DNA of 64,000 bases from Candidatus Bathyarchaeota archaeon (GTDB lineage: Archaea; Thermoproteota; Bathyarchaeia; Bathyarchaeales; Bathycorpusculaceae), in contig OY970340.1 of the NCBI GenBank assembly GCA_963717465.1, forward strand, positions 2,080,001 to 2,144,000, in the 5' to 3' direction. Numbering within the stretch: the first letter of the stretch is position 1; each line of letters opens with the position of its first letter. Below, piece by piece: positions 41,732-53,403 of this stretch. Position numbers and translations under genes: made by a program. The notes under the pieces were generated by a model, which ran no database searches, was not told the origin of the DNA, and worked only from the letters and a program-made list of their open reading frames with translations.

Positions 41732-43823
41732 ATGGTTTTTACTAAAATTAGAAAGAGAGATGGTAGAATCGTTATTTTTGAGCCTTCATTGGTCAAGGAT
41801 GCGGTTCACAAAGCTTTGCTTGCCGTTGAGTTGGACGATGGAGGGAGAGCAGCAGATGTTGCAGATGAGGTTGTTAAGATTTTGCAGCAGAAATTCGGCG
41901 AGGAAATTCCAACGGTTGAAGATGTTCAGGACATGGTGGTTGAAGTTCTTGAAAGGAAAGGTTACAGTAAAGTGGCTAGAGAATACCGCGATTACCGAAA
42001 GAAGAAAGATGAGTTGCGAAATCTGCGGAGACTTTTTGGGATAGAACCAAAACTAACCGTGAATGCACTGGAGGTTTTGAAGAGTAGATACCTGCTTAGG
42101 GATGTAAAGAAAAACATTATTGAAACCCCAAGCATGCTTTTCCAAAGAGTTGCCCGTGCATTAGCTAAAGTTGACGTGTACTACAATGAAAACGCTGAAG
42201 AAACTGAAAAAACATTCTTCAATATGATGGCAAAACTAGAATTCCTTCCTAACACGCCTACGCTTTTTAATGCTGGAACTGATATTGGTCAACTTTCAGC
42301 ATGTTTTGTCTTGCCAGTTCCTGATTCGCTGGAAGGAATTTTTACTTCAGTAAAGAACATGGCGATGATTGAGCAAACAGGCGGAGGCGTCGGATTTGAC
42401 TTCTCAAAACTAAGACCAAAAGGCGACGTTGTGAGATCAACAAAAGGCGTAGCATCTGGACCAGTAAGCTTCATGCGAATCTTTGACTCCGCCACTGAAG
42501 TGATTAAAGCAGGCGGCAAACGAAGAGGCGCCATGATGGGCATTCTACGGATTGATCACCCTGACATACTAGAGTTTATAACTGCCAAACAAAACTCAAA
42601 GTATCTCTCAAACTTCAACATATCAGTTTCCGTTACAAGCGAGTTCCTAAACGCTTTAGAAAAAGACGAGACGTATTGGCTTGTTAATCCCCGAAACAAA
42701 GAACAAGTGAAACAGTTAAAGGCACGTGAAGTTTGGAATCTAATCGCCCATTCAGCATGGGCAAGCGGAGATCCAGGCGTTATTTTCATAGACGAAATTA
42801 ACAAGCATAACCCAACTCCTAAACTGGGCAGAATCGAATCAACTAACCCATGTGGAGAATTGCCTCTGCTCCCTTACGAAAGCTGCAATCTTGGCTCAAT
42901 AAATCTTTCAAAAATGGTCATCAACGGAGAAATAGATTGGGAAAAGCTTCGCGAAACAGTTCGGGACGCCGTTCACTTTTTAGATAACGTCATTGACGCA
43001 AATATATACCCATTGAAGGAAATCTCTGACATTACCGAGGATAATAGAAAAATCGGATTAGGCGTCATGGGTTTTTCAGACATGCTAATCATGCTCCGCA
43101 TACCATACGACTCCGATAAAGCGTTAGAGACTGGAGAGCAAGTGATGGAATTTGTTGAAAAAGAAGCACATAAAAAATCAGTAGAAACTCGCAATGAAAC
43201 GAGGCTCATTTTTAAATTTTAAAGGCAGTATCTGGGAGAACAAATACCCAGCATTGCGGAATGCAACATTGACGACAATCGCGCCTACAGGCACAATAAG
43301 TATTATTGCAGGTTGCTCCTCAGGAATCGAACCACTATTTGCCATCTCATTCATCCGCAACGCTCTGGGCGGAAAAAGACTCTTTGAAACAAATGCGTTG
43401 TTTGAGCAGACCGCAAAGGAAAGAGGCTTCTACAGCACCAAACTACTAGAGGAGATAGCAAGAACAGGCTCTGTTCAAAAAATAGCAGGCGTTCCAGATG
43501 ATGTTAAACGGTTATTTGTTACCGCACTTGACATCGATCCTGTTTGGCATGTCAAAATGCAGGCTGCCTTTCAAAAGCACACGGATAACGCGGTTTCAAA
43601 AACAGTAAACTTACCCAACAATTCTAAGGTTGAGGAAGTGCGCAACATTTTCGAGCTTGCTTGGAGGTTAAACTGCAAGGGAGTAACCGTCTTCAGATAC
43701 GGCAGCAAACTTGAACAAGTTTTATACATAGGCAAGATAAAAACAGAAAAAGGAACTTTTGTTTCAGCCCAATCTGATTATGCAGGCGGTTGCCCAACAA
43801 CGAATTGTCCATTTCCAGCCTAA
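41732..43823 (+). CDS. nrdJ: Class II (AdoCbl) ribonucleotide reductase with ATP cone (+1 frameshift near 43187)
   Basis: IRKRDG, PNTPTLFNAG, TNPCGE, IAPTGTIS, KGVTVFR. Confidence 0.93.
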
Positions 43824-43862
43824 AGAATGGCTTTTTTATGATGAGTAAGTGGAGGTGAAAGT

Positions 43863-44381
43863 TTGGTTGAAGACAGAGGAACGATATATCTCTATACTGG
43901 AAATGGCGGTGGAAAAACAACGAATGCATTAGGCTTAGCTTTACGCTGTCTGGGGCACGGCTACAAAGTTGTTATTATCCAGTTTTTAAAATGGTGGAAA
44001 AACACAGGAGAGTACAAGATTAAAAATAAATTACCAAATTACGAAATTTACCAGTTTGGCCGAAAAGGCTGGAAAGGACTCAGCGAACTAGGCGAGAAAG
44101 ATAAACAACTATGCCAGAAGGCTATGAAGAAGGCAAGGCAAAAAGCAGATGAGAAACCAAGGCTTCTAGTGCTGGATGAAATCAACCTTGCATTAAACTG
44201 CAAACTGCTCGAGGTCGAAGAAGTTATAGCTTTTCTTAAGACCATCCCTAAAACAACCACTGTCGTTCTAACAGGAAGAAACGCCCCAAAAAAATTAATT
44301 GATTTTGCTGATTTCGTCAACGAAATAAAAGACATAAAACACCCAGATGAGATTCCCACAGTTAGGGGTATACAATACTAA
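43863..44381 (+). CDS. cobO: Cob(I)alamin adenosyltransferase (CobO/BtuR)
   Basis: YTGNGGGKTTNALG, IQFLK, LDEIN, LTGR. Confidence 0.9.
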   Translation: MVEDRGTIYLYTGNGGGKTTNALGLALRCLGHGYKVVIIQFLKWWKNTGEYKIKNKLPNYEIYQFGRKGWKGLSELGEKDKQLCQKAMKKARQKADEKPRLLVLDEINLALNCKLLEVEEVIAFLKTIPKTTTVVLTGRNAPKKLIDFADFVNEIKDIKHPDEIPTVRGIQY

Positions 44382-44509
44382 TCAATCGTGCGTTTGAGTG
44401 TTAAGAATGATTGTAGCTTAACAGTCACATATCTTTTTTACATTTTTTCAGTTTTTTCTAATTGAACGACTAGTAATCTTAAATTTTGAAAATGGAGGTG
44501 AATTAAGAA

Positions 44510-45092
44510 ATGTCTGAAGAAAAAAAGAAAATGTATTATGGTGGCAAAGAGAAAAAAGCTGGCGAGATCAAGAAAGCTGAGGAGCAGCCTACTCTGCCTG
44601 AAGAATGGGTTAGACCAATGCCTTACTGGTCAAGGGATGCTCAATTCCGTTTTGAAAGAATGATGGAGCAGTTTGAGAAAGAATTTGAAGATTTTTGGGA
44701 AGCATCTCCCAATGTTTAGACATGAGCATAGACATGCATGCCGTTTCCCGATGGTTCCGTTTAAGGAAACAATGAGCCTTCGGTTGACTTGGAAGATCGA
44801 GGAAGGGACTACCGTTTAACTGTGGACTTACCAGGTTTTAACAAAGAGGATGTTGAAGTTGAAGTTCAAGATGATTCAGTGATAATTCGGGCAAAAAAGG
44901 CTCAAGCTGAAGAAGAGAAAGAAGAGAAACTATGTTCGCCGAGAGAGAGTAACTAAAGCCTTTTACAGAAGAATGCAAGTGCCCGAAATGATTAAGACAG
45001 ACGAAGCTAAAGCCAATTTGTCCAATGGTACATTGGAGATTACTTTGCCAAAGAAGGAGCCTAAAGAAATAAAAAAACTAACAGTTGCATAA
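44510..45092 (+). CDS. Hsp20 small heat-shock protein (several frameshifts)
   Basis: Downstream frames read PSVDLEDRGRDYRLTVDLPGFNKEDV and AKANLSNGTLEITLPKKEP. Confidence 0.8.
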
Positions 45093-45120
45093 TTCAAACG
45101 CATTCAAGACACGTGCCTAA

Positions 45121-45891
45121 TTAGGTTTTGATTATTGCTTCGATTTTTATCTGCTTTACGTTTTCGATTCCATCCAAGGAAGAAAACATTCCTGAGAGCA
45201 TGTTCCATATTATTTTTGTAGGAAATTCTTTTAGAGGTATCTTGTTGCCGTTAACTTCGACAGTAACATCAGTTTTAGAAAGCAAGGGGCAATTAGTTTT
45301 CGCGTCGCCCTTCACTATTGCCTTAGCCAGTTCATAACATGATACATAGCCGCATTCGCCGCAGTGATTTAACTCCGGCAGTTTATCAAATGCTTTTTTT
45401 TCCACAATGTCGGCAATTTTTTCTGCTTGCCTTGTGCTGCTAAACATTGGGATTTCGAATTTGGACGCTTTTCCAATTTCAGTTTTCGAATCCAATATCA
45501 GTCCCGAGATTGCAATTGCTAATCCATCAGAAAATTCAGTGATTTCTTGATAATTTTTTGCGGCGATTATTTTTGGCATTGATTTTTCAGCTTCAAATCC
45601 TTCTAAAATCGCGTAGTCTAAACCTTGAAGAAAAGGTAAAATCTCGTTCATTTCAAGCCTTTTTTTGATAAAAATAACTGTTTCGCTACGGGGAACAGCT
45701 ACCACAATTCTTGCGCCCGCCTGCGTGTACCTTGCCGTTTCAGTGCCCGGAGTGTCAAGCGTTGGGATTCTAACCATTTCCTTTACTGTTCCAACGTGGT
45801 ATCCTCGACTTACAAGTTGCGGAATTAAATTCTCGATAATAGTTGTTTTTCCTGAGTGTTTCCCACCGACTACTGCTACAAACTTGGGCAT
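45121..45891 (-). CDS. mobB: MobB-like protein with C-terminal Fe-S domain
   Basis: GGKHSGKTT, ILEGF, LPELNHCGECGYVSC. Confidence 0.85.
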   Translation of the reverse strand: MPKFVAVVGGKHSGKTTIIENLIPQLVSRGYHVGTVKEMVRIPTLDTPGTETARYTQAGARIVVAVPRSETVIFIKKRLEMNEILPFLQGLDYAILEGFEAEKSMPKIIAAKNYQEITEFSDGLAIAISGLILDSKTEIGKASKFEIPMFSSTRQAEKIADIVEKKAFDKLPELNHCGECGYVSCYELAKAIVKGDAKTNCPLLSKTDVTVEVNGNKIPLKEFPTKIIWNMLSGMFSSLDGIENVKQIKIEAIIKT

Positions 45892-46052
45892 TTTGTTTGC
45901 TCCTTAATTTTTCATTGCAAATGCCTCATATATGCGTTGAGTACGATGTCTCGGGACTAATTTAATGTTTAAATCGATTATTTGCGCTTAAACAAATCGT
46001 CTTGTTTATAAATAGCCCGTTAACTTATTCTGCAACAACGGAGTGAAATCAT

Positions 46053-46616
46053 ACGGTTTTAGTAGTTGCTGCCGTTGGAACAAGTGGTTCAGGAAAAACG
46101 ACTACACTTGAATTCTTAATTTCAAAATTATCTCAAGAAGGATACAAAGTAGGTGCCGTAAAACATGTTCATCATTCTGGATTTACAATGGATAAGGAAG
46201 GCACTAATACTTGGAGATACGCTAAGGCAGGATCAAAAGTAATAGTTGCTATTTCTCCAGAAGAGATAGCGATAATTAAAAAAACTAACGCTTGCCTAAA
46301 CGATTTAGACAACATAATTAAGCTACTAAAAACTGAAGACATCGACGTTGTTTTCATCGAAGGATTTCACAGCATCATCGCAAAAAAGAAAAATGTACCA
46401 AAAATAATAGTCGCAAAAGACATGGAAGACCTTAACAGAACAATTGAAGGCACAACCGAGCCCATATTGGCAATTACAGGAATAATAGCCAAACAAAAAC
46501 CTAAAATCAACGGGCTGAAAATTCCCATAATTGATTTACCCTCTGAAGGCGAACAGCTTCTAAAACTAATCAAAGACCGCCTCAGTTCGAATAAAAAATC
46601 AACTGCCAAAAACTGA
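46053..46616 (+). CDS. mobB: MobB (frame extends 45 codons upstream of track start, to ACG 46053)
   Basis: VLVVAAVGTSGSGKTT...GAVKHVHH..FTMDKEG in frame; GGAGTG 7 nt before the ACG. Confidence 0.85.
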   Translation, partial: TVLVVAAVGTSGSGKTTTLEFLISKLSQEGYKVGAVKHVHHSGFTMDKEGTNTWRYAKAGSKVIVAISPEEIAIIKKTNACLNDLDNIIKLLKTEDIDVVFIEGFHSIIAKKKNVPKIIVAKDMEDLNRTIEGTTEPILAITGIIAKQKPKINGLKIPIIDLPSEGEQLLKLIKDRLSSNKKSTAKN

Positions 46617-46630
46617 ATAAGGGAAGAAAC

Positions 46631-47723
46631 ATGAAGGAACGGGCTGCGCTTATACTTGCAGGGGGAAAAGCCCGTAGATTTCAAAAAGACTTTTGCGAAT
46701 GGCAAGATAAAGCACTCGCCAGGCTTTCAGGAAAGCCGCTTATTGTTCATGATTTTGAATCTGTTAACGAAGTAGTGGATGAAATAGTTATATGCGTAAA
46801 TGATGAGACCCGAAAAGCTCGCTATTCTAAAATCTTATCTGAATACAACATAAAAGATGTGAAAATTGTTGCCGATGAGAAAATCAGCCATATAAGCGGT
46901 CCGAACGTGGCTATTCATACGGGTTTGAAATTCATTGAAGCAGCATACTGCTTTACTCTTCCATGCGACATGCCTATGTTTAAGCCCGCCGTAATCGAAT
47001 ATCTATTTAATAATGCAAAAAACTGCGATGTTCTTGTTCCAATGTGGCCTGACGGCAGACTTGAAACGCTTACTGCCATTCTTAAAACATCCAGTTCATT
47101 AAACATCACAAATGCATTATGTCATTTAAGACGCCCCCGTTCAGATGACATCATGAGAGGCGCATTAGATGTCCATTTTATCTCTCCACTTTACAGAATC
47201 AAAGCACTTGACCAACGATTAGAAAGTTTTGTAAACATCAACTGCTTCGATGACCTAACAAAACTGCAAACAAGGAAAATTAAGGGAAGACCAAGCAGCG
47301 AATATCGAACGACCGAAATTGGCGGCTTTACACAAACGAGAAATTAAGCGACTTCTTGAGGCTGATGCCTTTTGGGAGCAAGATGATTTAATGCAAGCTT
47401 CAGAAATTTTTTCTGAATGCGCAAGTCAGCTTGAAAAAGAAAAAAGTTATTTTTGGGCCGGTGTAAGCCGAGAATGCGAAGGAGAAACATTTTCTGGACG
47501 ATCAAAAAAACAACAGAATGAACCTAAAACAGTTGAATATGAAGGGTCCACTGCGAAAGAGGCATATTTGAAGGCAGCCAACAACTTTACTTTGGAATCT
47601 GAAATCTACGAAAAAACTCGATGCCATTATTTAATGGATATAGCAAGAGCTGACAGTCTATGGTGTAAATCGTGGGCCATCGGAAAACCTTTGCCGAGCC
47701 ATCGTTATCCCCCAAAGGGCTGA
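46631..47723 (+). CDS. mobA: MobA-like guanylyltransferase with helical C-terminal extension (+1 frameshift near 47294)
   Basis: LILAGGKARRF, DKAL, PCDMP, FVNIN; joins ORF 47319-47723 if one base is removed. Confidence 0.8.
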
Positions 47724-47732
47724 TTCATCCAT

Positions 47733-49001
47733 TTAAGAAAGTTGAGTTAGCTCTAGTTTACTAAATAATGTAACCGTTATTTTAGCGCCTTTCTCCAATT
47801 TTGTGTGAGGTGGAACAATGGCGTAACCGTTGGCTTTTACGATAGTGGTTAATGCACTTGAGCCGCCTTCAACGGGTGACGCAACAAGTCTTCCATTGGA
47901 TCTTTTGAGGCTAAGAAGTAGAAACCTAAATTGTGGACCATTTACGACTTCCTCGCTTATTTCTGCATCCATATTTGGAAGCAAATTCCAAATGCTCACC
48001 CCCATAAACTGTGCAATAAGCGGAACAACAAAAACGTAAAATCCCCCAATGCAGGAGCCTATGTGACCTGGAAGAATAATTATCGGTTTACCTTTCACTA
48101 TTCCAAAACCTGAAACTGCGCCTGGTCTAAGTGAAATGCCCTGAACAACAACTCCTGGTTTTCCCAATAAATTAATAGCGTCGGGAACAAAATCTTTCAC
48201 TCCAACTGAAGAGCCACCTATCGTGATAACGACGTCTGAAGTTTCAAGCGCCAAACCGATTTTTTCCGTAACTTTTTCCATTGCATCAGGCATTATTCCC
48301 TCAAGTTTAGGCATTGCACCAAGTTCAGAGACCAAACCAGCAACAACTAAAGCATAATTGTTCACAAATTTTTTCGGCTCACTCAAGTGTTGCTTGATTA
48401 GTTCGTCTCCGCCAGAAATAATTGAAACCACTGGTTTCTTGATGACATTTATTGTTGCCTCTTTTACAGAAGCCAACAATCCAACATCTTGAGACCTAAG
48501 CACCTGTCCCTTTTTAAGAACCAAAGCGTCCTTTTTCAAGTCGTCGCCAAGAGGAATTATGCCTTCGCCAGTCTTAATTTCTCGAACTATCTCGATTGTT
48601 CCTTCTTTAAGCCGTGTTTCTTCAACTTTCACAACGGCTGAGGCACCTTTTGGAATAGGAGCGCCAGTTGCAATGTACACTACTTCACCTCTATTAATAT
48701 GAGCTTCGCTTGGGTAATCGGCTGGAAAAATCTTTCCAACAATTCTGAAAGTAGCAGGATTTGCGATCGAAGCGCCGACAGTATCCTGCGGGGAAATTGC
48801 ATAGCCGTCTACGAAAGTTTTGTCGTAGCTTGGGATGTCTTTGTTAGAATACACGTCCTCTGTTAAAATTCTGCCTAAACAATCTTCAAAGGGTACGGTT
48901 TCGTTAGGTATAACAATTTTTTTGGTATATTCAAGCAGCATATTTGTTGCGTCTTGAGGGTTCGCGCGTTTGGGTAATCTTCTGATGTCCGGTCTATTCA
49001 T
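47733..49001 (-). CDS. moeA: Molybdopterin molybdo/tungstotransferase
   Basis: VDGYA, IATGAPIP, GGDEL, GGSSVG, LPG. Confidence 0.92.
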   Translation of the reverse strand: MNRPDIRRLPKRANPQDATNMLLEYTKKIVIPNETVPFEDCLGRILTEDVYSNKDIPSYDKTFVDGYAISPQDTVGASIANPATFRIVGKIFPADYPSEAHINRGEVVYIATGAPIPKGASAVVKVEETRLKEGTIEIVREIKTGEGIIPLGDDLKKDALVLKKGQVLRSQDVGLLASVKEATINVIKKPVVSIISGGDELIKQHLSEPKKFVNNYALVVAGLVSELGAMPKLEGIMPDAMEKVTEKIGLALETSDVVITIGGSSVGVKDFVPDAINLLGKPGVVVQGISLRPGAVSGFGIVKGKPIIILPGHIGSCIGGFYVFVVPLIAQFMGVSIWNLLPNMDAEISEEVVNGPQFRFLLLSLKRSNGRLVASPVEGGSSALTTIVKANGYAIVPPHTKLEKGAKITVTLFSKLELTQLS

Positions 49002-49163
49002 AAGAATACAGATTGTTTAGGGCATTTATTAGGAGTTTCTCTTTAGTGCCTGGTTTAGAAAAGGTATGAAAAGCGCGCGCGGCTCAAGAAAAAAACGCGC
49101 ACTATCGACTTTATTTAGGTTATTTGCGTTAAGTTTTTAAATAATCATTGATTATATTCCAAC

Positions 49164-49499
49164 ATGGAATTCGTCTTCCAGTTTAGTATAGCTTGGTATG
49201 GTCTTTTTGGAGGATTTCTTCTTGCTTGGATTGCATTGACTATCCTAAGAAGGAAACAGTTTACAAAAAGAGAAGCCAAAGAGCAATTCATCATCGGGTT
49301 ATTAGGATTGTGCGCCCTTGTACTGATGGAGCTTTTTGCAACTTCTACAAACTTATGGTATTATGTTCCTAACGACTGGCCAGTTATTCTATGGCCAACA
49401 TACTTTGTAGCCATACTCTTTGGTTATCAATTACTTCGAGTGGTTGAATATCACTTTGGTGATGTGCACCCATCCAAGCAAACAAGTAAAGTTACGTAA
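49164..49499 (+). CDS. Small membrane protein
   Basis: Three hydrophobic segments. Confidence 0.6.
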   Translation: MEFVFQFSIAWYGLFGGFLLAWIALTILRRKQFTKREAKEQFIIGLLGLCALVLMELFATSTNLWYYVPNDWPVILWPTYFVAILFGYQLLRVVEYHFGDVHPSKQTSKVT

Positions 49500-49524
49500 G
49501 AATGTAGAATCGCATAAACAAGTC

Positions 49525-50889
49525 TTATTCATTTAGCAATTTCTTTCTTGCTAATGCCATTAATCTCAGAGTTTCCAAACGCCAAGGCTCAAAATCAATT
49601 GATGAATCAGGGTAGGTTTTGTAGTGCGTGCTTATCTGGTGCATCATAGTTACTGTAAAGCGCAGTTTGGTTAGGATCCTGATATGTCTCATGCCTCTAA
49701 AAATTCGCCGAGCAGTTTCAAAAGCACTTAAATGAAAATCGTCACCCATTCCAACTCTAAGTACATCTTCCTCGGTTACAATCTTCTCACTCATGCCATA
49801 ATTCAATTCTTCATCACTGCTCGAATGCAAAAATAAGCGAAATACCTCAGAACTTGCCTGCTTTTTTCCATAAGCCTCGACAAATTTTTTATTGTAACTC
49901 CATAATGCTTCTTTTGTAGGCTCACCTTTCCCGAGCGCTTCAACTATTGTCTGCCCTGCAAAGTATCCGCTAAGCATTGAAGGCATAATTCCACCACCAT
50001 GGACAGGATTAACCAGCGAAGCCGCATCGCCAACTAGCACAACACCATCGGAAACCATATTATCAAATGGTCTTCGCGTCGGATCAAACCACGAACCTGC
50101 CTTCAAAACTGACGAGCCGTCAAAAAGTGGCTTAGCAAACGTGTTAGCATAAAGTTGTTTCTTCGGATTAGGATATTTACCACGCATGCAAACCCCGATA
50201 CCTACATTAACCTTCGCGTCACCTTTAGGAAAAATCCAGACATACCCACCAGGTGAAACAAACTGATTAAGATAAATCTCGCAATACCGCGATTCCTGAT
50301 TTCTCTGTTTGAGCTGACGAATTTCTCTGTAACATGCTGAAACATCCTCGCTCTCTATTTCACGGTCAATCCCCATTTCAACTGGAAGACGATGTCTAAC
50401 AACACCCAAAAAGCCGCTGGCATCAACTACAACCTTGCTCTTAAAAGAAACATTTTGCCCTGTTTTCATGTCCCTTGCTAAAATACCCGCAACTGCACCT
50501 TTCTCAATAATTGGTTCACGAAAATTCATGTTATCCTTTAGAATTGCGCCTTTATCAATAGCTTTTTTTAAAAGCCATTGACCAAATAAGCGCCTATTCA
50601 AAACGTAACCAATAAAATCCTTATCCGCTATAGTAAACACTGTTTTTTCATCTGGAGAATAGATTTTAACTCCATCTATGCGAGATTCAAATTCACCACT
50701 ATTTGGCTTTTCCAAGCCAATAAATGATAATTGCTCCTCAGCTAATGCATCTCCACAGACCTTTTCTCCTATTTCATCCCTTTTCTTCTTTTCAATAATA
50801 CATACCGTTAAGCCTGACGCAGCAATGGTTTTTGCGGTTAAACAACCAGCTGTTCCAGCCCCAACAACAAGAGCGTCATAAATTTCCAT
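49525..50889 (-). CDS. Digeranylgeranylglycerophospholipid reductase (GGR family)
   Basis: VVGAGTAG, VCGDA, PGGYVWIFPKG, VGDAA, GGG; likely start ATG 50889. Confidence 0.9.
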   Translation of the reverse strand: MEIYDALVVGAGTAGCLTAKTIAASGLTVCIIEKKKRDEIGEKVCGDALAEEQLSFIGLEKPNSGEFESRIDGVKIYSPDEKTVFTIADKDFIGYVLNRRLFGQWLLKKAIDKGAILKDNMNFREPIIEKGAVAGILARDMKTGQNVSFKSKVVVDASGFLGVVRHRLPVEMGIDREIESEDVSACYREIRQLKQRNQESRYCEIYLNQFVSPGGYVWIFPKGDAKVNVGIGVCMRGKYPNPKKQLYANTFAKPLFDGSSVLKAGSWFDPTRRPFDNMVSDGVVLVGDAASLVNPVHGGGIMPSMLSGYFAGQTIVEALGKGEPTKEALWSYNKKFVEAYGKKQASSEVFRLFLHSSSDEELNYGMSEKIVTEEDVLRVGMGDDFHLSAFETARRIFRGMRHIRILTKLRFTVTMMHQISTHYKTYPDSSIDFEPWRLETLRLMALARKKLLNE

Positions 50890-51262
50890 GCCCCTCCCCC
50901 AACTATAGAAAATATCATGCACCCGTTTAATAAGTACTAAGTAATGAAAAATCATAGGCGCGCAAAAAGCAGATTTTTAGCCATTTTTAACCATTTTTGG
51001 AACAAGCATGCGCTATCTGAAGATGGTTTAGCAAGGGTTTATTGGGCTCCGCAAAATCGACCGGAAGTAGAAGTGTTAAAACTTGAAAGTTCATAGTTTC
51101 AAATCAGCTAATGCTTAAAAAATAGACTTATTGTGCTTATTGGAGTAATATGTATATACGGGGTAAAGAGTGTTTTAAACGTTAAGTGGAACCAGCGTGC
51201 TTTGACCTCGTTTGAAAGTGGGTGGCGCACGTTTGTTTGAAAGTGGGTGGTTGAAATGATGG

Positions 51263-51892
51263 ATGGAGGGATTAGGAGTGCCTTATCAGTTTAGTTTTGA
51301 TGTAACTCGCATTTCGCGAAGATTGTTTCGGGAAATAGCTTTGATTGCACAAGAGAAGAAAACTCATATGATAGTTGGGGCTAAAACTGTTGCCCTTGCA
51401 AAACGGTTAAAACTTCTTGAGATAACTGGCTTAGATGTTACGGAAGTGACCATTCTTCTTGAGGATCTTGTTGATATTTTTGCCAAAAATATATCAGATA
51501 GGCCGCTGTTCGAGAAAACTGATAAAAGAGTTCTCTTTCTGTCTCACTGTTCAAGAAAATATATGGATGGCAGGTGCAAAGCGCAATTTGATCCGCAAAA
51601 GGCAAGTTATATCTGTGCTCATTGTTCCCCAGATTGCCAGATAAATCAATCATGTGTACTAGCTGAAAGAAAAGGATATGACGTCTATGTTGTTGCAGGT
51701 GGGTCTTGCATTCCCGGAATACTTAAGAAAGGCGGCTATAATGGCGTGGTCGGGGTTGCTTGCAGTCAAGAACTCAAAATGGCAAGCAACATTCTTGAAT
51801 CAATGAAAATCAGTGGTCAAGGTATGCCTCTTCTTAAAAATGGCTGTTGCAGTACGCGGTTTAGTATTGATAGTCTTGAAAAGATTTTATAA
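51263..51892 (+). CDS. DUF116 protein
   Basis: LFLSHCSR, C-A-H-C...C, GGSC, GVAC. Confidence 0.85.
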   Translation: MEGLGVPYQFSFDVTRISRRLFREIALIAQEKKTHMIVGAKTVALAKRLKLLEITGLDVTEVTILLEDLVDIFAKNISDRPLFEKTDKRVLFLSHCSRKYMDGRCKAQFDPQKASYICAHCSPDCQINQSCVLAERKGYDVYVVAGGSCIPGILKKGGYNGVVGVACSQELKMASNILESMKISGQGMPLLKNGCCSTRFSIDSLEKIL

Positions 51893-51898
51893 AATGAA

Positions 51899-52339
51899 AA
51901 TTCCCATGTTTTGTAAAAAGGTTTGGATTTGAGGCTTAAAATTTAAGCCTCTCGTTCGGACTCCTTCTCTTTTACACTAATTCTCTGATTCTCACACATA
52001 AAGACATACACAGACACACAATGGAGGAGGGAAAAGCACACAGAGGAAGGCGCCAGTTCATTGGTAAATTAGCTTTTTTCTGTTAATTTCTGCTCATTTT
52101 GCGAGTAATGTTATGGACCGTGTTTTTTCCACCATTTGCAACCTAAGGGCAGGAACCGCATTTAGAAGCATAGCAATCAAACAGAACAATGCGTGAACTT
52201 CGATTCTTTTAAGACCTTTTACCCGATGCCATTCCAGACACAACTGATCTTTCAGCCTTGAATTCATCCGCTCAACCGAAGACCTTGACCTGTAAATCCG
52301 CTTCTTGACGGACAACCCGTGAGTTCGGTAAAATACCAA
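51899..52339 (-). mobile_element. Truncated DDE IS remnant (IS4/IS5-like transposase C-terminus)
   Basis: YRSRSSVERMNSRLK...HRVKGLKRIEVHA; right boundary approximate. Confidence 0.7.
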
Positions 52340-52374
52340 TCATCAAAAATGTCCATTGCAGCGCGCTAATATTC

Positions 52375-53403
52375 TTAAGTTGAACGGGAGATCGAAGATA
52401 TGGCACTTGAGAACGCTTGTAAGATACTGTTAATATCGCCTGCAATGTTGTTGACAAGAGTTACTCCAGCGGGAGTGAGCGTTCCACCTGACGTGTTGCT
52501 TATTGTCGTTGTTGTGGAGTTCTGGGTTAAATTGCAGTTTCCATGATTTGTTGTAGTTGAGTTTCCATGGCTTGTTGTAGTGGAACTTACAGTTTGCGTT
52601 GATGTTGCGTTTACTGGAGTGACATAGTATGATAGAACAGCATTTGCGAAAGAAAGAGTCCCGTCAATCAGATTTGCGATATTTGTAACTAATAGTGTTC
52701 CAGTGGGCGTAAGAGTTGAACCTGAAGTGCCGTTTCCAGAATTTACAAAAATGGATAATACGCCATTTGCCACAGTAAGAGTTGAATCTATCAGCTTTGC
52801 AATACCTGTTCCTATTGATGCGATAGTTGGGTTGATTTGACCATAATCCGGAGTTGATTGGCTTGGATTCGAAGGTGCAAGGCTGCTTCCGCTTAGAAGA
52901 AATGTTGTGCCTGACGTTTGCAAACTCGCGTAAGCAGTTGCGTTACATAGAACTTGTCTTGAGGAACTATTCATGAATGATAATGATGAGAAAATGATTG
53001 AGAGGGTCACTGATTGTGAATAATAGTATATAGAGTATATAGAACAGCCGTTCATTGTATAATTTGAGTTGTAAGAACCAAACTGACCTTCAATGCTTCC
53101 TGCTAAAGCGATTATATTTTCCAGATATATTTGGCCGGATGGCATCGTTATAAACTGGTTAATCTCTGAATTTGAACTGTACGCTGAAGAAGAGTTTGCA
53201 ATGCTGTACGTGGACGATTCAATTGTTACGCTTCCTGATGTTATGTTAAAAACTCCGCCGTTGACAGGCCCGGAAAAATTACCTTGAAAACGGAAAAAAA
53301 AGTTTGGTAAAATTGTTTCCTTGGCTATTACCTTAGGCATCATTATTGTGCACATTGACATTAAAAGAATACATGTTAAAGCTAGAGTAAATATTCGCTT
53401 CAT
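52375..53403 (-). CDS. Secreted S/T/N-rich protein with three C-terminal helical repeats
   Basis: Signal peptide; repeats of TP.G..LV.NIA..I...L. Confidence 0.7.
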   Translation of the reverse strand: MKRIFTLALTCILLMSMCTIMMPKVIAKETILPNFFFRFQGNFSGPVNGGVFNITSGSVTIESSTYSIANSSSAYSSNSEINQFITMPSGQIYLENIIALAGSIEGQFGSYNSNYTMNGCSIYSIYYYSQSVTLSIIFSSLSFMNSSSRQVLCNATAYASLQTSGTTFLLSGSSLAPSNPSQSTPDYGQINPTIASIGTGIAKLIDSTLTVANGVLSIFVNSGNGTSGSTLTPTGTLLVTNIANLIDGTLSFANAVLSYYVTPVNATSTQTVSSTTTSHGNSTTTNHGNCNLTQNSTTTTISNTSGGTLTPAGVTLVNNIAGDINSILQAFSSAISSISRST

